DNA from: Raja brachyura
Taxonomy: Eukaryota
Direction: 5' to 3'
DNA length: 64,000 bases
NCBI GenBank assembly: GCA_963514005.1
Contig: OY740800.1
Location: 15,996,001-16,060,000, forward strand
Shown here: piece by piece, positions 35,126-48,470 of the stretch
Layout: each line of letters opens with the position of its first letter
Position numbering within the stretch: position 1 is the first letter of the stretch
Position numbers and translations under genes: made by a program
The notes under the pieces: generated by a model
What the model saw: only the letters and a program-made list of their open reading frames with translations
Told to the model about the DNA's origin: nothing
Databases searched by the model: none

Positions 35126-36054
35126 GGATGGAACTGTTGGAGTGTTGCATGTTAATGATAATAAACGTTTAAAAGTAATGAAGCTTCAGTGTAGCTACTA
35201 GCTGTCTTGGACAATATTGTGTTCACCTTGAGCATCTCTGGAGAACTACCTCACTGAAAGGTTTCCATAATTTCCTGGATGTATGTGTCAACATGGAAGA
35301 CTTGGTGGTGATCTAAATGGCCTGGGATTGAATTGCAGATTCAAACAGGAAGACTTTACGTCATCAGCGCCTCAAAATGGAAAGTCTGATGGCCCAGGGG
35401 CTTGGTTTGTTTGCGAGAACTCTGCTAGGATAATATTTTTCCTAATAGTTAGCAGTTATGTGTGTGGCATTGTAAATAATCAAATTCAATAAACACAAAT
35501 AACTGCAGAAGAAAAACTAATTACATTTAGCTGGTGAATTGGAGTTGTCCAGCATATAAAGTTCCAATTTTACTCACAAAACCTAAGCTCTCCACCTCAC
35601 CAGTTATAGGAGTCTAATTAGGCCATTCGGCCCATCCTGCCCACTACGCCATTCAATCATGGCTGATCTCTGCCTCCTAATCCCATTTTCTTGCCTTCTC
35701 CCCATAATCTTTGACACCCGTTCATTGTAACCATCTCTTTCTTCCCTCCCGCTTTGACTTTTCAGTGAATGGGAAGGATAATCTATTAATTAGATTTAAT
35801 AGAAAGTCGGTTTGTTATTTATATATGCTCACCTTTTTTAAATTCTCCTCACACAAACCCCATTTCTACCCAGCAAAGATAATTAATGAATCAAATGATC
35901 AGGGGTAATAAAGCATTCCCAGTGAGTGCGAGGTGCAGGTTGCTGATCACTTAAAGAGAAAACTAGCAACTTCTTGAGACAAATATGATCTTTTAAACTC
36001 TCAATTGACTTGACGTGCGGCAGGAGTATTTCAGACATTTGCCACTCCCCAATC

Positions 36055-36352
36055 TTAGTTTAGTTTAGAGTTACAGTGTGGAAACAAGCCCTTCGGCCCA
36101 CCGAATCCATGCCAACCAGTGATCCCTGTGCATTAACAATATCCTACACACATTAGGGACAATTTACAATTTTACCTACGCCATTTAACCACCAAACCTG
36201 TACATCTACAGTGTGGGAGGAAACTGGAGCTCCTGGGGAAAACCCTTGCAGTCAATAGGAGAATGGACAAATTCTGTAGAGACAAGCACCCGTGCTCAGG
36301 ATCGAACCGGGGTCTCTGGCGTTGCAAAGCAGCAACTCTATCGCTGCAACAC
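36055..36352 (-). mobile_element. V-SINE/HE1-like SINE
   Basis: ttagtttagtttag tail, central domain, ggatcgaaccgggg B box on the minus strand. Confidence 0.82.
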
Positions 36353-37524
36353 CTCTAACGCTTGCTCAATGTGCTCAAAATGTGTTTTGATTAGGTGCTA
36401 AATTATGTCAGGCATGATTCAATTTAATGTACTGGATAATGTATTTTAAATGTGGATCAATCTATCTTTTAACGTACAATGTGATAGGTATAAGATCAAG
36501 TGCAACAAGTAGATATGCCTCTTGTTAACTCAATGTGAATGACGTTGTAAACCTAGTGATAATCTACTGGTAATACCATACACTAACAAAGATTAATGAA
36601 CATGGAAGTGATAATTCCACTTAATTCGTCCATAGTTTAATTAAAATTCCTCCGTTATGTTTTACAGGTATTTTGTAATTGCATTCCATAAGCACTTTAA
36701 TATTGGAGAGCAATTAGTTTCTTCATCTAACTTATGCATTTTAGAATTTACTTAACCTGAGCAGCAGCTATATTAACTTCTCTGATAAAGAAAAGATAGA
36801 ATTGCAGTTATATTGTACCTTCCATTAGCTCAGGATGTCCTTGTGTGTATTTGAGCCAAAACACATGTTTTTGAAATATAGTCACAGCAGTAATGTCACA
36901 CAGCAACTTGTGCACAGGAAACTTCCACAAACAGAATTATGATATGAGTGCATGACCTCTTTAATAGCCTTGATTTAGGTACAAATACGGGGCAGTCACA
37001 GGATATCCCATGCGTTCTATGAAATTGTGCTATGGTGTTCTTAAGACAAAGATTAATGAACATTAAGGTCTTAAAGGTCTTTTCTGAATCTTTTCTGTCT
37101 TAGAATGCAAACCCACAATTGAACTAGGCATAAAACTTTGCCGTGATTGTAAATTTGTGTTAGTATTGCACATTTAAAATTCTACAATATAACGGTTAGT
37201 TATCTTGTAAAAATGACCAATTAATAAACCTGAAAAAACGTTGTTGTGATTTTGACTTTGTTATAAATGCATGTTGCAAATTCTAAAGGATATTTGTTTG
37301 TAATCTTGTAAAATGACTAATTAATACATCTGAAACTTTAGTGATTTTAAATTTATGTCATGAATGAAGATTTCAAATTCTAAAAAGTAATTTTGTAATC
37401 TTGTGAAAGTCTCCACAACTAACCTTAACAAAGTGATCTAGCAATTAGTGTGCAGGAATCTCCCGCAAATAGAAGGCCAAATGAACCATCAACCCTGCCC
37501 AGCCATTCTCTAAAACCATGTCTA

Positions 37525-37870
37525 GGATCATGAGGTGATTAAATAAGATAAATGCACAGTCTTCTGCCCAGAGAAGTCGAATCAAGAACCAGAGGACATC
37601 GTTTAAGGTGAGAGGGAAAAGGTTTAATAGGAACCTGAGGGGCAACGTGTTTGCATAAAGGGAGGAGGGTGGATGGAACAGGGCCCAGTTGAGGTAGTTG
37701 AGGCAGGGACTATCACAATGTTTAAAAGGCATTTGGACAGATACTTGGAAATGATAGGTTTAGAAGTATATGGACCACTCGCAGGCAGGTGGGACTAGTG
37801 TAGATGGGACGTGTTGGTCAGCGTGGGCAAGTTGGGCCGATGGGCCTGTTTCCCCACTATATGACTCTGG
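37525..37870 (+). mobile_element. CR1 LINE 3' end
   Basis: agaggacatcgtttaaggtgagaggg..ttgggccgatgggcctgtttcc..atgactct. Confidence 0.75.
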
Positions 37871-38209
37871 GACCAGGGGTCATTGATTACATAAATTTCC
37901 TCCATCTGCACTATACTTGTATGTTATATGTGGTACAAAATTTACCATTCTTAGTTTTGAATATACTAAAAAAAAGGGCATTTATTGTCGGTTGGGGTAA
38001 AGAACTCAAGGGGTTGCAACCTGCTAAGTGAAGAAATTTCGGCACATTTCGATCCAAAATGGTCAAACCATTATCCCGGGACCCTGGGTTTCAAATAGGA
38101 GCAAAAGCCCCTCCATGCCGGCTTTGTTTATTAAATGTATACATTCATAAGTTATAGGAGCAGAATTAGGCCATTTGGCCCATCACGTCTACTCCATCCT
38201 TGGTCCTAA

Positions 38210-38880
38210 AGGGACTGTCCCACAGTGGCTACCTAATCTGTGAGTTTAGACGAGTTTGCCCTCGACTCAAACATGCAGCATGGTTGACACGTGGTCCTAG
38301 GAGGTCCTATGATGTCACTGGAACCCTCCTTCGTGGTTGAGGGAAGTTCCCGAATACTCGTGGCCTCAGCTAGGTCACGGAAAAATGTTCAGCATGTTGA
38401 AACATTTTCCTCAAGTAAAATTTGGTCGGCATGGTTCTTTTTAACTCGTAGTGCAGTGGCGTGGGGTCGCTATTTGGTTACAGGCAGTCAAGGGCAGCCG
38501 TAGGCAATCTCCTTCACTGACTGGGCATTTTGATTGGCTCATTGGAATTTTCAGGACCAAAGAAAACCGACCGGTAGGTAAAATGCCCGATAAACTTTAT
38601 TATACTTCTTAAACGTGTCTCCCTCCTTCTCCCCCCCTTCTCCTCCCTTTCTCCTCCCCTTCTCTCCAACCTCTCTCTCCCCTTCTCTCCCCTTCCCTCC
38701 TCTTCTCTCTCAACCCCCCACCGTGTGTGTGCGTGTGCGGTTGGTTGGTCGATCCAGCTCGCGGTTTCAAAGCAGACGGATGAGCCAGCTCAAGGTTTTC
38801 CAGGCGAGTGCCCTCGAGCTTGAAGGTCGAAGACACTCTTCTTAACTCGCGGATTAGTTTGCCTCAGTGGGACTGCCCCA
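38210..38880. mobile_element. Harbinger-type MITE (diverged TIRs)
   Basis: agggactgtcccac / gtgggactgcccca termini; 5' interior homologous to the 2635 and 28533 copies. Confidence 0.7.
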
Positions 38881-39282
38881 TTAGTTTAGTTTATTGTCAC
38901 ATACCGAGGTACAGGGAAAAGCTTTTGTTGCCAATCCACCATTAAATCATGGCTGATCTATCTTGCCCACTCAACCCATTTCTTCTACCTTCTCCCCCTA
39001 GCCTCTGGCAACCTTGCTAGTCAAGAATATGTCAATCGCCACCTCGAACATATCTATTGACTTGGCCTCCACAGCCGTCTCAAGAAATGAGTTCCACAGA
39101 TTCACCTGATACATTATTGGCCTGATGTTACATGCTCCCTCATGCCATTATTCCAATTTAAGTTTCTTGTTGATGTGAAGTGCCTTGGTGAGTAAGGTGT
39201 GAGTCTTTGACTCAAGAGGAGGCTGAGGCACGGAGGCTACACATAATTCAACATTTTTGATTTTTCTTAGTCCACTGAAGAA

Positions 39283-41375
39283 ATGGCAGGCAAGTTGGTG
39301 CAGTGTGTTTCCTGGAGGATGTGGGAAGTCAGGGACACTGCTGGTGCTTCTGGAAACTACACCTGCAGAAATTGTGTCCAAGTGCAGCTCCTGAATAAAT
39401 GTATTGGGGAACTGGAGCAGCAATTGGATTACCTCGGGGCCATCCGGTAAAATTAGAGTTTCCTGGACAGGACCTACAGTGAGGTTGTCACACCAAGGAT
39501 ACAGGAAGAGCGAAGGTGGGTGGCTGTGAGAAAGAGGAGTAAACGTGGAGTGCAGGAGGCTCCGGTGGCTGTGCCTACTGAAAACAGGTACGCCCTCTTG
39601 GGAGCGGATGGCACGACAAGATTGAGTGGTAGCCAGGGCTGTGATCCCAACCCTAGTGCTGAGGCTCAATGGTGAAGAGTGACCTCAGGCAGAGCCGCAG
39701 TGGTGTGAGAATCCATTGTCAGAGATGCGGAGAGGAGATTCTGTGGCAACAGGTGAGACTCTAGGATGGTATGTTGCCTCACTGGTGCCAGGGTTCAGGA
39801 CATCTCGGAGCGGCCGCACGGCGTCCTCAAGAGTGACTGGGAGCAGCCGGAGGTTGTTGCACATGTTGGTACGAATGATGTAGGTCGGAAGAGGACGCAG
39901 TTTCTGCAACAAGATTTTATGGAATTGGGTAGAAGACTGAAAAGCAGGACCTGCAGGGTAGTGATCTCAGGATTGTTTCCAGTACCTCGTGCTAGAGAAG
40001 GTAAGAATAGGATGATAGAGGATATGAATGTGTGGCTGAGGGTGTTCGGATTTCTGGATCATTGGGACCTCTTCCGGGGCAGTTGGTAAGTTACTGGAGA
40101 GTATTCTGAGGGATAGGATATAGTCAACATGTTTTTTTACGTGGGAGGTCATATCTCACAAATCTGATTGATTTTTTTGAAGACGTAACCAAAAGGGTTG
40201 ATGACGGCAGAGCTGTAGATGTTGTGTACATGGACTTCAGTAAGGCGTTCGACAAGGTTCCGCATGGTAGGCTGCCCGGGAAGGTTAGATTGGAAGGGAT
40301 CCAAGCAGTGATCGCTGAATGGATAGCAAATTGGCTCCATAGAAGGAAGCAGAGAGTAATGGTGGAAGGTTGCTTCTCAGACTGGATGCCTGTGACTAGT
40401 GGTGTGCCTCAGGGTTCGGTGCTGGGCCCGTTACTCTTTGCCATCTACATCAATGACTTAGATGAGAACACACAGGGCAATATTAACAAGTTTGCTGATG
40501 ATACAAAAGTTAGTGGTTTTGCAGATAGATGGTCGTGAACAATTGCAGCAGGATCTGGATCGATTGGCCAGGTGGGCAGAGGAATGGTTGATGGAATTTA
40601 ATAACGAGAAGTGTGAGGTGTTGCATTTTGGGACGTCGAACAAGGGCAGAACCTACACAGTAAATGGTAGGCCTCTGGGTAGTGTTGTAGAGCAGAGGGA
40701 TCTAAGAGTACAGGTGCATGGTTCCTTGAAGGTTGAATTGCAGGTTGGTCAAAAAGGCTTTTGGCACTTTGGCCTTAATCAGTCAGAGTATTGAGTATAG
40801 AAGTTGGGAGGTCATGTTGCAGTTGTATAGACGATGGTGAGCACATTTAGAACATTGTGTTCAGTTCTGGGCACCATGTTATAGGAAAGATATTGTCAAG
40901 CTGAAAGGGTTCAGAAAAGATTTACGGGGATGTTGCCAGGACTGGAGGATGTGAGGTATAGCACGAGGTTGAGTAGGCTGGGTCTCTATTCCTTGGAGCA
41001 CAGGAGGATGAGGGGAGATCTTATAGAGGTATAAAAAATCATGAGAGGATAGATCAGGTAGATCACAGACATTTGCCCAGAGCAGGGGAATCGAGGACTA
41101 GAGGACATAGGTTCAAGGTGAAGGGAAAATGATTTAATAGGAATCCGAGCAGTAACTTTTCACACAACGGGTGGTGGGTGTATGGAACAAACTGCCAGAA
41201 GAGGTCATTGAGGCTGGGACTATCCCTTCGTTAAAGAAACAATTAGACAAGTACATGGATAGGACAGGTTTGAACGGATATGGACCAAGCGCAGGCAAGT
41301 GTTGCTGGTACATTGTTAGTCAGTGTGGGTGAGTTGGGATGAAGGGCCTGTTTCCACACTGTATCACTCTATGAC
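39283..41375 (+). mobile_element. CR1 LINE with decayed ORF1 (Zn finger/leucine zipper plus SGNH esterase) joined directly to the RT region; endonuclease part deleted
   Basis: MAGKLVQC..YTCRNCVQVQLL..ELEQQL; ESIVR, CCLTGARVQD, HVGTNDVG; from ~40089 [25 protein letters not shown]; 3'UTR to 41375. Confidence 0.88.
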
Positions 41376-43642
41376 CTTTTCTTTCAGTTAAGATCAACTT
41401 GCAAAATTCCTTAAAGCTTTCACGACTTGTGCTGTTTGATGCTCATGATATGGTCTGTTATGATAATGTTATGATATGATGTTGTTGACTCTCATAAAAG
41501 TCTATCCTTACACAGTGAGACTTGCGTAATTAGACATTATTGCTATTGAGATATTAAAATTATAATACCCTCATAGCGCTGGATTTTAATTTCTTAACGC
41601 TGTAAACAGAAATTATTTCACATTTAAATTCTATTGCTTGGTGGAAAGCCTAAATCTTAGAAGCTTAAATCTCTGAAGCAAAATATACTTGAAGTGTTGA
41701 TATGTTTTCCTCCCATATGGGAAGCAATATCGATATCATTTCCACTTCATGTTGTAGAGAAAATTGTCTGTGATTTTTCTACAGACCACCAAGATCATGA
41801 TTTCCTCCCAAGAAACAGTATATAATCAAATGTTAACTCAAGAGATATTTCTAATTGCTGAAGAAACAGCCACAGTTAATTAGTGTAGCAGGCATAACTA
41901 CAACAGCAGGAAACATATTTCATGTTTTGTTCTGTACAGGAAGGGGTTTCATAATGAAACACACCTAGAGGTATGTACTGTAGATGCATTTTAATTGCAA
42001 TTCATCATTTAACCTTACTCTCCAAGAAAAGACAGCAATTTCCTGTTTAGTTGTAATAACCCAGGCAACCAATTATAATTTACAACATTCATTTCTGGAA
42101 TGTTTTTTTTAAATTTAATTATTTTGAAATCATTACAAAAGCCTTAAGTTCCATCAACTATTAAACCTTTTTTTGTTTCTGATCCTTGTTTTTCATTCAA
42201 TGATAAAAGTAGAATTTGCTGCAAATATTGTAGGCAGACAATAATTGTTGTGCGACAAGAAGTCATTGTTGGCAGAGTGAATGAATGTGTTTTATTGAAA
42301 TGTTGAATAAAAAGGCAGATTGTTTGTTCTCAAGCAGCTAACCGAATGAGGAGGAAGAGATGCATTCTTTTAATATTAAGTTCTTAAGCATTTTTTCTCA
42401 GATGATACAAATTTGCAAGTTAGTTTCACTGTGCTTTAGATGAAGTTTCCATATGTTTATTGCTAAATCCTCCATCAAGAATTGCCTTTCCGCTGTTCCC
42501 CAAAATACTATGCAACTACCCAATCATGCTCAAAACTGCCAATTTTATTTTTTGATCATTGTATCATGTGACATAAGTCGAGCTGGCTAATGTTTAGTTG
42601 CTACGCTGGTGGTGAATCCTGGGAAGGGTTGTGAAATATCATGGTAACTGCTCTGAGAGTAGATTGATCCAATATTTTTACATTGACGGGATGACTGTGT
42701 TCAATGAGACTGGTGTTTGTTTTAGATGTCACTTAGTATCGATTGCAGTGCTGGGCTGGGGTTAGCTCTCTCCTGACTTCAGTGCCGATCCATTGCAACA
42801 CAGGTAAACTAGATTTCTAATGCCAATGTGTTAACTTCCTGGCCTGCTGCTGAACCCCTTTTGTGCTGGGAACATGGCCAGATACATTTCCCATCTCGCG
42901 CCTGAGATTTATGGTGGGGATATGGTTGCTGATCCCTTTTAAAATGGTATATTCCCTGTTTTACTGTAACTTTTTATATATTACATTTTTTTCTATGCCT
43001 GAAATTATTTTGTGGTAAATTTATTATTTTAAAATCTAGTTTTATCATTTTTTTACTTATTCAAATCCATTGAAACTTTTAAAAACGTGTGATGATAAAT
43101 ACTGTATTTAAAGTTTCACACTATATGTCCAACTAATGGCCATCAGGGAATTGCAAGGGTGGGGCATCAGGATCCACTGCCTGAGGCCCAGATAAAGTCA
43201 TAGTCTTACAGCGTGAAAACAGGCCCTTAGGCCCAACATGCCCATACTGGCCTACATGTCCCATCTACGCTAATGATGGCCTGGAAATCCCTTTGCCAAA
43301 CTCTGACAAAAATATTGATATGGTTTGAAAATTGGTTTAAACCAGAGCAGAGAAACATTGAACCCATTTCCAATGCTCGTAAGACCTAATGAGAAATTTG
43401 ATCCCTATTTTACAACAGCAGAAACATGCTTTTAATTATCTAAAATTGCCCTAAATAATGTTAACACCTGAAATATGTCCCTGAAAAGATTTTTGAACGC
43501 TCAGCGGATCAGGCAGCATCTTTGGAGAGACAAACACATAACACGAGTGTGCACTTCAAATTGAGCTGGGAAAGGGAGTAACAAATCTCTTTTCTATTCC
43601 TGGAAAAGGTCTTCAACCCAAAGCAATAATTTAGACTTTAGA

Positions 43643-45170
43643 CTAGACTAAGTGGGACCCATTGGGTCCCATGTTCACACGGGAGGGCTGGTCCCCCGAC
43701 GCAATATTCCACCTCTCCACCAATTCGAATAATGGTGGCCAGTGGGGGGGGCGATTTTCTGGAGCGCTGGTATGGGTGTTGTTGGCTGCCGGGACTACTG
43801 GTCTCCAGAGGGCTAGTATGGACATTGTGGGCCAAACGGATTCTTGGGGTGGCAGCTCAGTCCCTCACGCATGATGTGCTGGCAGCTCACTCACGGCTGG
43901 TGGGCTGGCAGTTCCATGAAATTCCATTTCAAGCAGAGTGCAAGGCCACCAAATTCCAATCCATTTTCCTACCATTTCAAAAAGGGTGCAAGGCCACCCA
44001 ATTCAAGTGCAGTTTCTTACCTCTTCGTGCAGGGTGCAAGGCCACAAAATTCAAGTGCAGTTTCATACAATTTCAAGGAGGGTGCAAGGCCACCAAATTC
44101 AAGTGCAGTTTCATACCATTTCAAGGAGGGTGCAACAACACCACATTCAAATGCATTTTCATACCATTTCATGCAGGGTGCAGCGACACCACATTCAAAT
44201 GCAGTTTCATACCATTTCATGCAGAGTGCGAGGCCACCACATTCAAATGCAGTTTCATACCATTTCAAGCAGGGTAAAACCACCATAAAACCACACAAAA
44301 CACCACACACAGTTCAGTAGACATTCAGTGTGTTCAGTTGATTCACAGCTCAGACAGAGTCGTGACCTCTCCCTCCCCCATCATGCAGAGACTGAGCCAC
44401 ACCCACACTTCTGGTTTTATAATCCCTTCCCCTCCCACCGGAACAGGTGTGGCTTTCATGGCGTGATTCACAGGAGTGAGATTCTCAACATTTTTTAAAC
44501 ACTATTAACACTTTTATTATTAATTGATGGGAATAATCCTCTGCACCTGATGAGCGGAGGGGGGCTGAGTAAGATGGATAAAAATCACAACCGTAAGTTG
44601 TAGCGTTTTATCTAAAATCAATATAGTGCAAACAGGAAGTTGTCAAGTTTAGCCAAACAGCCATTTGCAGTGCATTTCCGCTTCAACCAAACCCCCCCCC
44701 GCCCCCCCAAACAGCCATTTGCAGTGCATTTCCACTTCAACCCAACCCCCCCCCCCCCCCCACCCAAACAGCCATTTGCAGTGCATTTCCACTTCAACCC
44801 CAAAACCGCACCCAAACAGCCATGTGCAGTGCATTTCAGTGCATTCAACCCAACCATATTTTCATTTTCAAACCGCATTAAGGGCACTCACAGTTGAGTA
44901 GACATGTGTTTAGTGTTATTCAGAGAGATGTCACCCTCTGGCTTCCTCCATCTTCCAGAGACTGGGTGAGGCACGCCGAGAGAATGGCAAAATATGAAAA
45001 AAACATTAATATCTCTCTGGTTTTACATCGATGGGAAAAATCCTCTGGTTCAGGAAGGAGGAGGGGGGCACTGAGCGATGTGGCCAAAAATGACAGCGGT
45101 AGGTGGCGGCGTTCTCTCGGAAATCACACCACAGTGAGCCAAAGCAAGGTCAGACTTTTAGTAATATAGA
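43643..45170 (-). mobile_element. Non-autonomous Helitron with internal minisatellites
   Basis: Minus strand A|TCTATATTACTAAAAG ... CTAG|T; hairpin gggacccattgggtccc (43654-43670); ~48-bp repeat x7 at ~43937-44275; second repeat block at 44652-44870; duplicated subterminal module. Confidence 0.8.
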
Positions 45171-45171
45171 T

Positions 45172-45390
45172 GATAGAGATACCGTGCGGAAACAGGCCCT
45201 TCGGTCCAGCTATCACCATACACTAACGCTATCCTACACATTAGGGCCAATTAACATGCACAACTGTAGGTCTTTAGAGTGTTGGAGGAAACCAGAGCAC
45301 CTGGAAAAACCCAAGTGGCCACAGGGAGAACGTACAAACTTTGTACAGACACCACCAGGATTTCCAGTGCTGTAAGGCACCACCGCCCTA
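45172..45390 (-). mobile_element. V-SINE fragment (Helitron inserted in its tail)
   Basis: cggaaacaggcccttcgg..ggagaacgtacaaact on the + strand. Confidence 0.7.
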
Positions 45391-45497
45391 AATTGTTTTT
45401 CTTTCCACAGAAACTGTCTGATAATGCTGTATTTTACTATCAGTAAAATGAAATTTTCAGCATCTGCAGTTTTTTAACTTTTCAACTTTTATCATAA

Positions 45498-46075
45498 TCA
45501 TAAGCGTAATTTATTAGCCAAGTATGTTTTGCAACATACGAGGAATTTGCTTGCCAGACAGTCATTCCAAAAAAGCAAAATTTGACATAACCATCCACCA
45601 CAATGGCTCCTCCCCATTCCCCACTGTGATGGAAGGTAATAAAGACTCATCTTCTTTCCTCCTTTTCTCCTGTAGTCAGGGGAGTTGAACCATCTGCAGT
45701 CAGGGCCTTTGAAGCTCCAGCAGCTGACAATCGAAGCTCCCAAGTCAGGGCGGGGGCGGTCGAAGCTCCTGCGGCTTGGAGCTTCCGAAGCCGGTCCCTA
45801 ACCAGGGACCGTGAGCTCCATGTTGTTAAAGTCCGCAGGCTCCCACAAGAGGCCGCCAGCTCCACAATGTTGGCCGCAGTGCTGACGGAGATACCACACG
45901 GAAAAAGTGGCATCTGCGTCGAGGAAAGAAATAAAAAAAGTTTCCCCCACCCCCCACATAACACAAAACTAAAGATAAACTAAAACATACATTTAACAAC
46001 AAACTAAAAACACAACGAAGGAAAACAGACGAGGCAGACCATTGGCGAGGCAGCCACTGTTCGGCGCCCCCGGTG
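45498..46075 (-). repeat. Unclassified interspersed repeat; related fragment at 53625-53875
   Basis: Shared catccaccaca..ccccacattcc..tggaagg.aataaa..tcttc segment at 45590-45660 and 53740-53810. Confidence 0.5.
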
Positions 46076-47211
46076 ATAAAATCAGTTTTCTTTGAAACTG
46101 TGCATTATGAAGTGCCAACGTTAGATTACTTTCTATGTCATCACTGCAGTATGTGACCTCTTCCATTTTTATATACAACCCCCTGCATGTGCCTTGGTGG
46201 TCAGGGTGAGAGCCATGGTCACTTTCAGCTTCCTTGCATTGCGAGCATTCCCATCTTCCGATCCTGATCTCTTTGCAACTCTGTTTAATGATAAAGTAGT
46301 AGGAAGTGAGGGTGAGGGACAGATGTGGTGATTTCATATGGAGATCATTCAAACTTGATTAGTACGGGTGTCAGAATAATAGGGAGAAGGCAGGAGAATG
46401 GGGTTAGGAGGGAGAGATAGATTAGCCGCGATTGAATGCCGGAGTAAACTAGATGGGCCAAATGGCTTAATTCTGCTCCTATTACTTATGACCTTAAACT
46501 CGGTACTCAAGCGAGAAGGCTTTGTCTGCTTTTCTTTCAACCAATGAACGCAGCAGAACAGGCAGATGCATTTGCTAACATGCAAGACTTCCCATAGAAT
46601 GCACTCATATTGTGCAAGGTTCATCGTCAGATCTCTCTGGTGGTATCCTGTCAGGAATGCATTGCTGTACCGCTAAATGTTCTTGACAGCTCCGTGCACA
46701 AAGAGCATGTCTTCCAGGAGAACTGTTCTTGCCGAGAATAAAACATCTTTGAAGTAAAAACTGTTCACCAGTCCGCCCAACTCCCTCGGAGAAACCTCTC
46801 CATCCTTTCCCATCATAGCATTATTGATTCTTTAAGCAGTATCAGTCTCTGGTGGATGGAAGAAGGTTGCTTGTAATACGAGTCAGTCTCCTAAGGCCAG
46901 GAAGATGTGGTTGAGCTGTAAGGCTCAAGATAAATAGAATAGTGCACTCTGAAACTAATGGAGTACTGCATTACAACTGAGAAATCTAACAATGCCATTC
47001 TGCCGACTTTGCAAATAAACAGAATCTTTCCTCGACGTTTTATAACAATATCTTGGTGACACACAAAACTGCTTTAGCAATATTGACATTTTGGCTGAAA
47101 TCTTTTGAGCTTTCTGTGTATCCAACTACATTTACTGGAACGTTTGTGATGCATTTTGCCCCTGATGAAATCCTTAAAGTTCACAGTTCCATTTTATTTT
47201 CTTCTTTGCAG

Positions 47212-47325
47212 GCAATGCAAATGGACGTTAAAAAAATGAATGTTTCTTTACTTCGGATATTCCGTGAAGGAATTGCTGCTGCTTTGGGACTTTTGCCACA
47301 GCAAGTTCATCTAAATCACCTTGAT
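47212..47325 (+). CDS. PTPRR: PTPRR coding exon (ectodomain; equivalent to mammalian exon 3)
   Basis: ttttcttctttgcag| acceptor, |gtaagt donor, 114 nt, phase 0-0; AMQMDVKKMNVSLLRIFREGIAAALGLLPQQVHLNHLD vs human TLQMDVNKLNITLLRIFRQGVAAALGLLPQQVHINRLI (recalled). Confidence 0.96.
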
Positions 47326-47629
47326 GTAAGTCACCTTTTCAATCACTTGGCCACTTCGACAAGTGGTTCAAAATAATATGTAGGACTATTGTAATAGACA
47401 TGGTAGTGTGGAATTTAACATTTTAACAAGACAAATGAGAGGAAGTGTCTTTCATTCAACATCTACAAGATCCAGCTTCTCTACCAACCTACTGTATGCC
47501 TGCTGAACCACTTTGTCCCCTGTCATTAAAAATTCTGTATGAGATCCTGGAAAATGTGGACCACTTCCTTTACTTTAGGAGTCAATTCAACACTGCCTTC
47601 AATATGCCAGCACAGCCTCTGTTGATTGA

Positions 47630-48030
47630 GTGTTTATCGTTATATGCACAAGCATGATGATGTACCAGTACAATGAAAAATCTTTCTTGCAGCAACATCA
47701 CAGGCACATAGACACAGACAAGCACACAGAAACAAATTACACATAAATTGCACACAAAGTTCCTAAAATAATTTCTAAAAATTGCATTAGTGTAAAAACA
47801 TAATAATAATTTTTTTAAGTCCTTGGTTGCGCAAGAGGTGGTGTGTAGTGTTCCATGAGGTAGGATTAAGGTTGTGCAAGTCCAATCAAAAGTGTGATAG
47901 ATGTAGGCAAACAGATGTTCCTGAAGCTCGGGGAATGGAACTTCAGGCTTCTGTAGCTCCTGTCCGATGGTAGCAGTGAGAAGAGGCATGTTGATGATGG
48001 GGGTCCTTGATGATAAATGCTGCCTTCACA
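47630..48030 (-). mobile_element. Rex1/Babar-type LINE 3' fragment
   Basis: LFSLLPSDRSYRSLKFHSPSFRNICLP remnant on the minus strand. Confidence 0.65.
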
Positions 48031-48470
48031 AGTTATAGGAGTAGAATTAGGCCATTCGACCCATTTGTGACCCATTCAATCATGGCTGCTCTCTGCCTCC
48101 TAATCCCATTTTCCTGCTTTTTTTCCCATGACCCTTGACACCTGTTCTAATCAATAATTTGTCTGTCTCTGCCTTAAAAATATCCACTGACAGCCTCCAC
48201 AGCCACGAGTTCCACAGATTAACTACCCTCCAACTAAAGAAGTTCCTCCTCACCTCCTTTCTAAAAGGGCGCCCTTTAATTCTGAGGCTATGACCTCTGG
48301 TCCTAGACTCTCCCACCAGTGGAAACATCCTTTCCACATCCACTCTATCTATGCCTTTCATTATTCTGTAAGTTTCAATGAGGTCCTCAACCTTCTAAAC
48401 TCCAGCGAGTAGAGGCCTAGTGAAGTCATATGCTCATCATATGCTAACCCACTCATTTCTGGAATAATTT
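48030..48470 (-). mobile_element. CR1 LINE 3' fragment
   Basis: KGIDRVDVERMFPLVGESRTRGHSLRIKGRPFRKEVRRNFFSWRVVNLWNS. Confidence 0.88.

Noticed and set aside
34433-35150. His/Thr-rich ORFs on the minus strand
   Set aside because: Translation of the (CA)n-like low-complexity tract.
42726-42803. 78-nt AG..GT segment as an in-frame PTPRR cassette exon
   Set aside because: Contains TGA in the phase-0 frame; kept only as a possible non-coding or first exon.
43732-44320. 181-aa ORF with 16-aa repeats (GCKATKFKCSFIPFQG) and a regularly spaced array that could suggest CRISPR or a repeat protein
   Set aside because: It is a 48-bp minisatellite inside a Helitron: no unique spacers, several frames open, no cas genes, eukaryotic context.
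1-47211. PTPRR signal-peptide exon and the large second exon
   Set aside because: I could not find sequence resembling them; they are probably upstream of the window, though a diverged copy could have been missed by eye.
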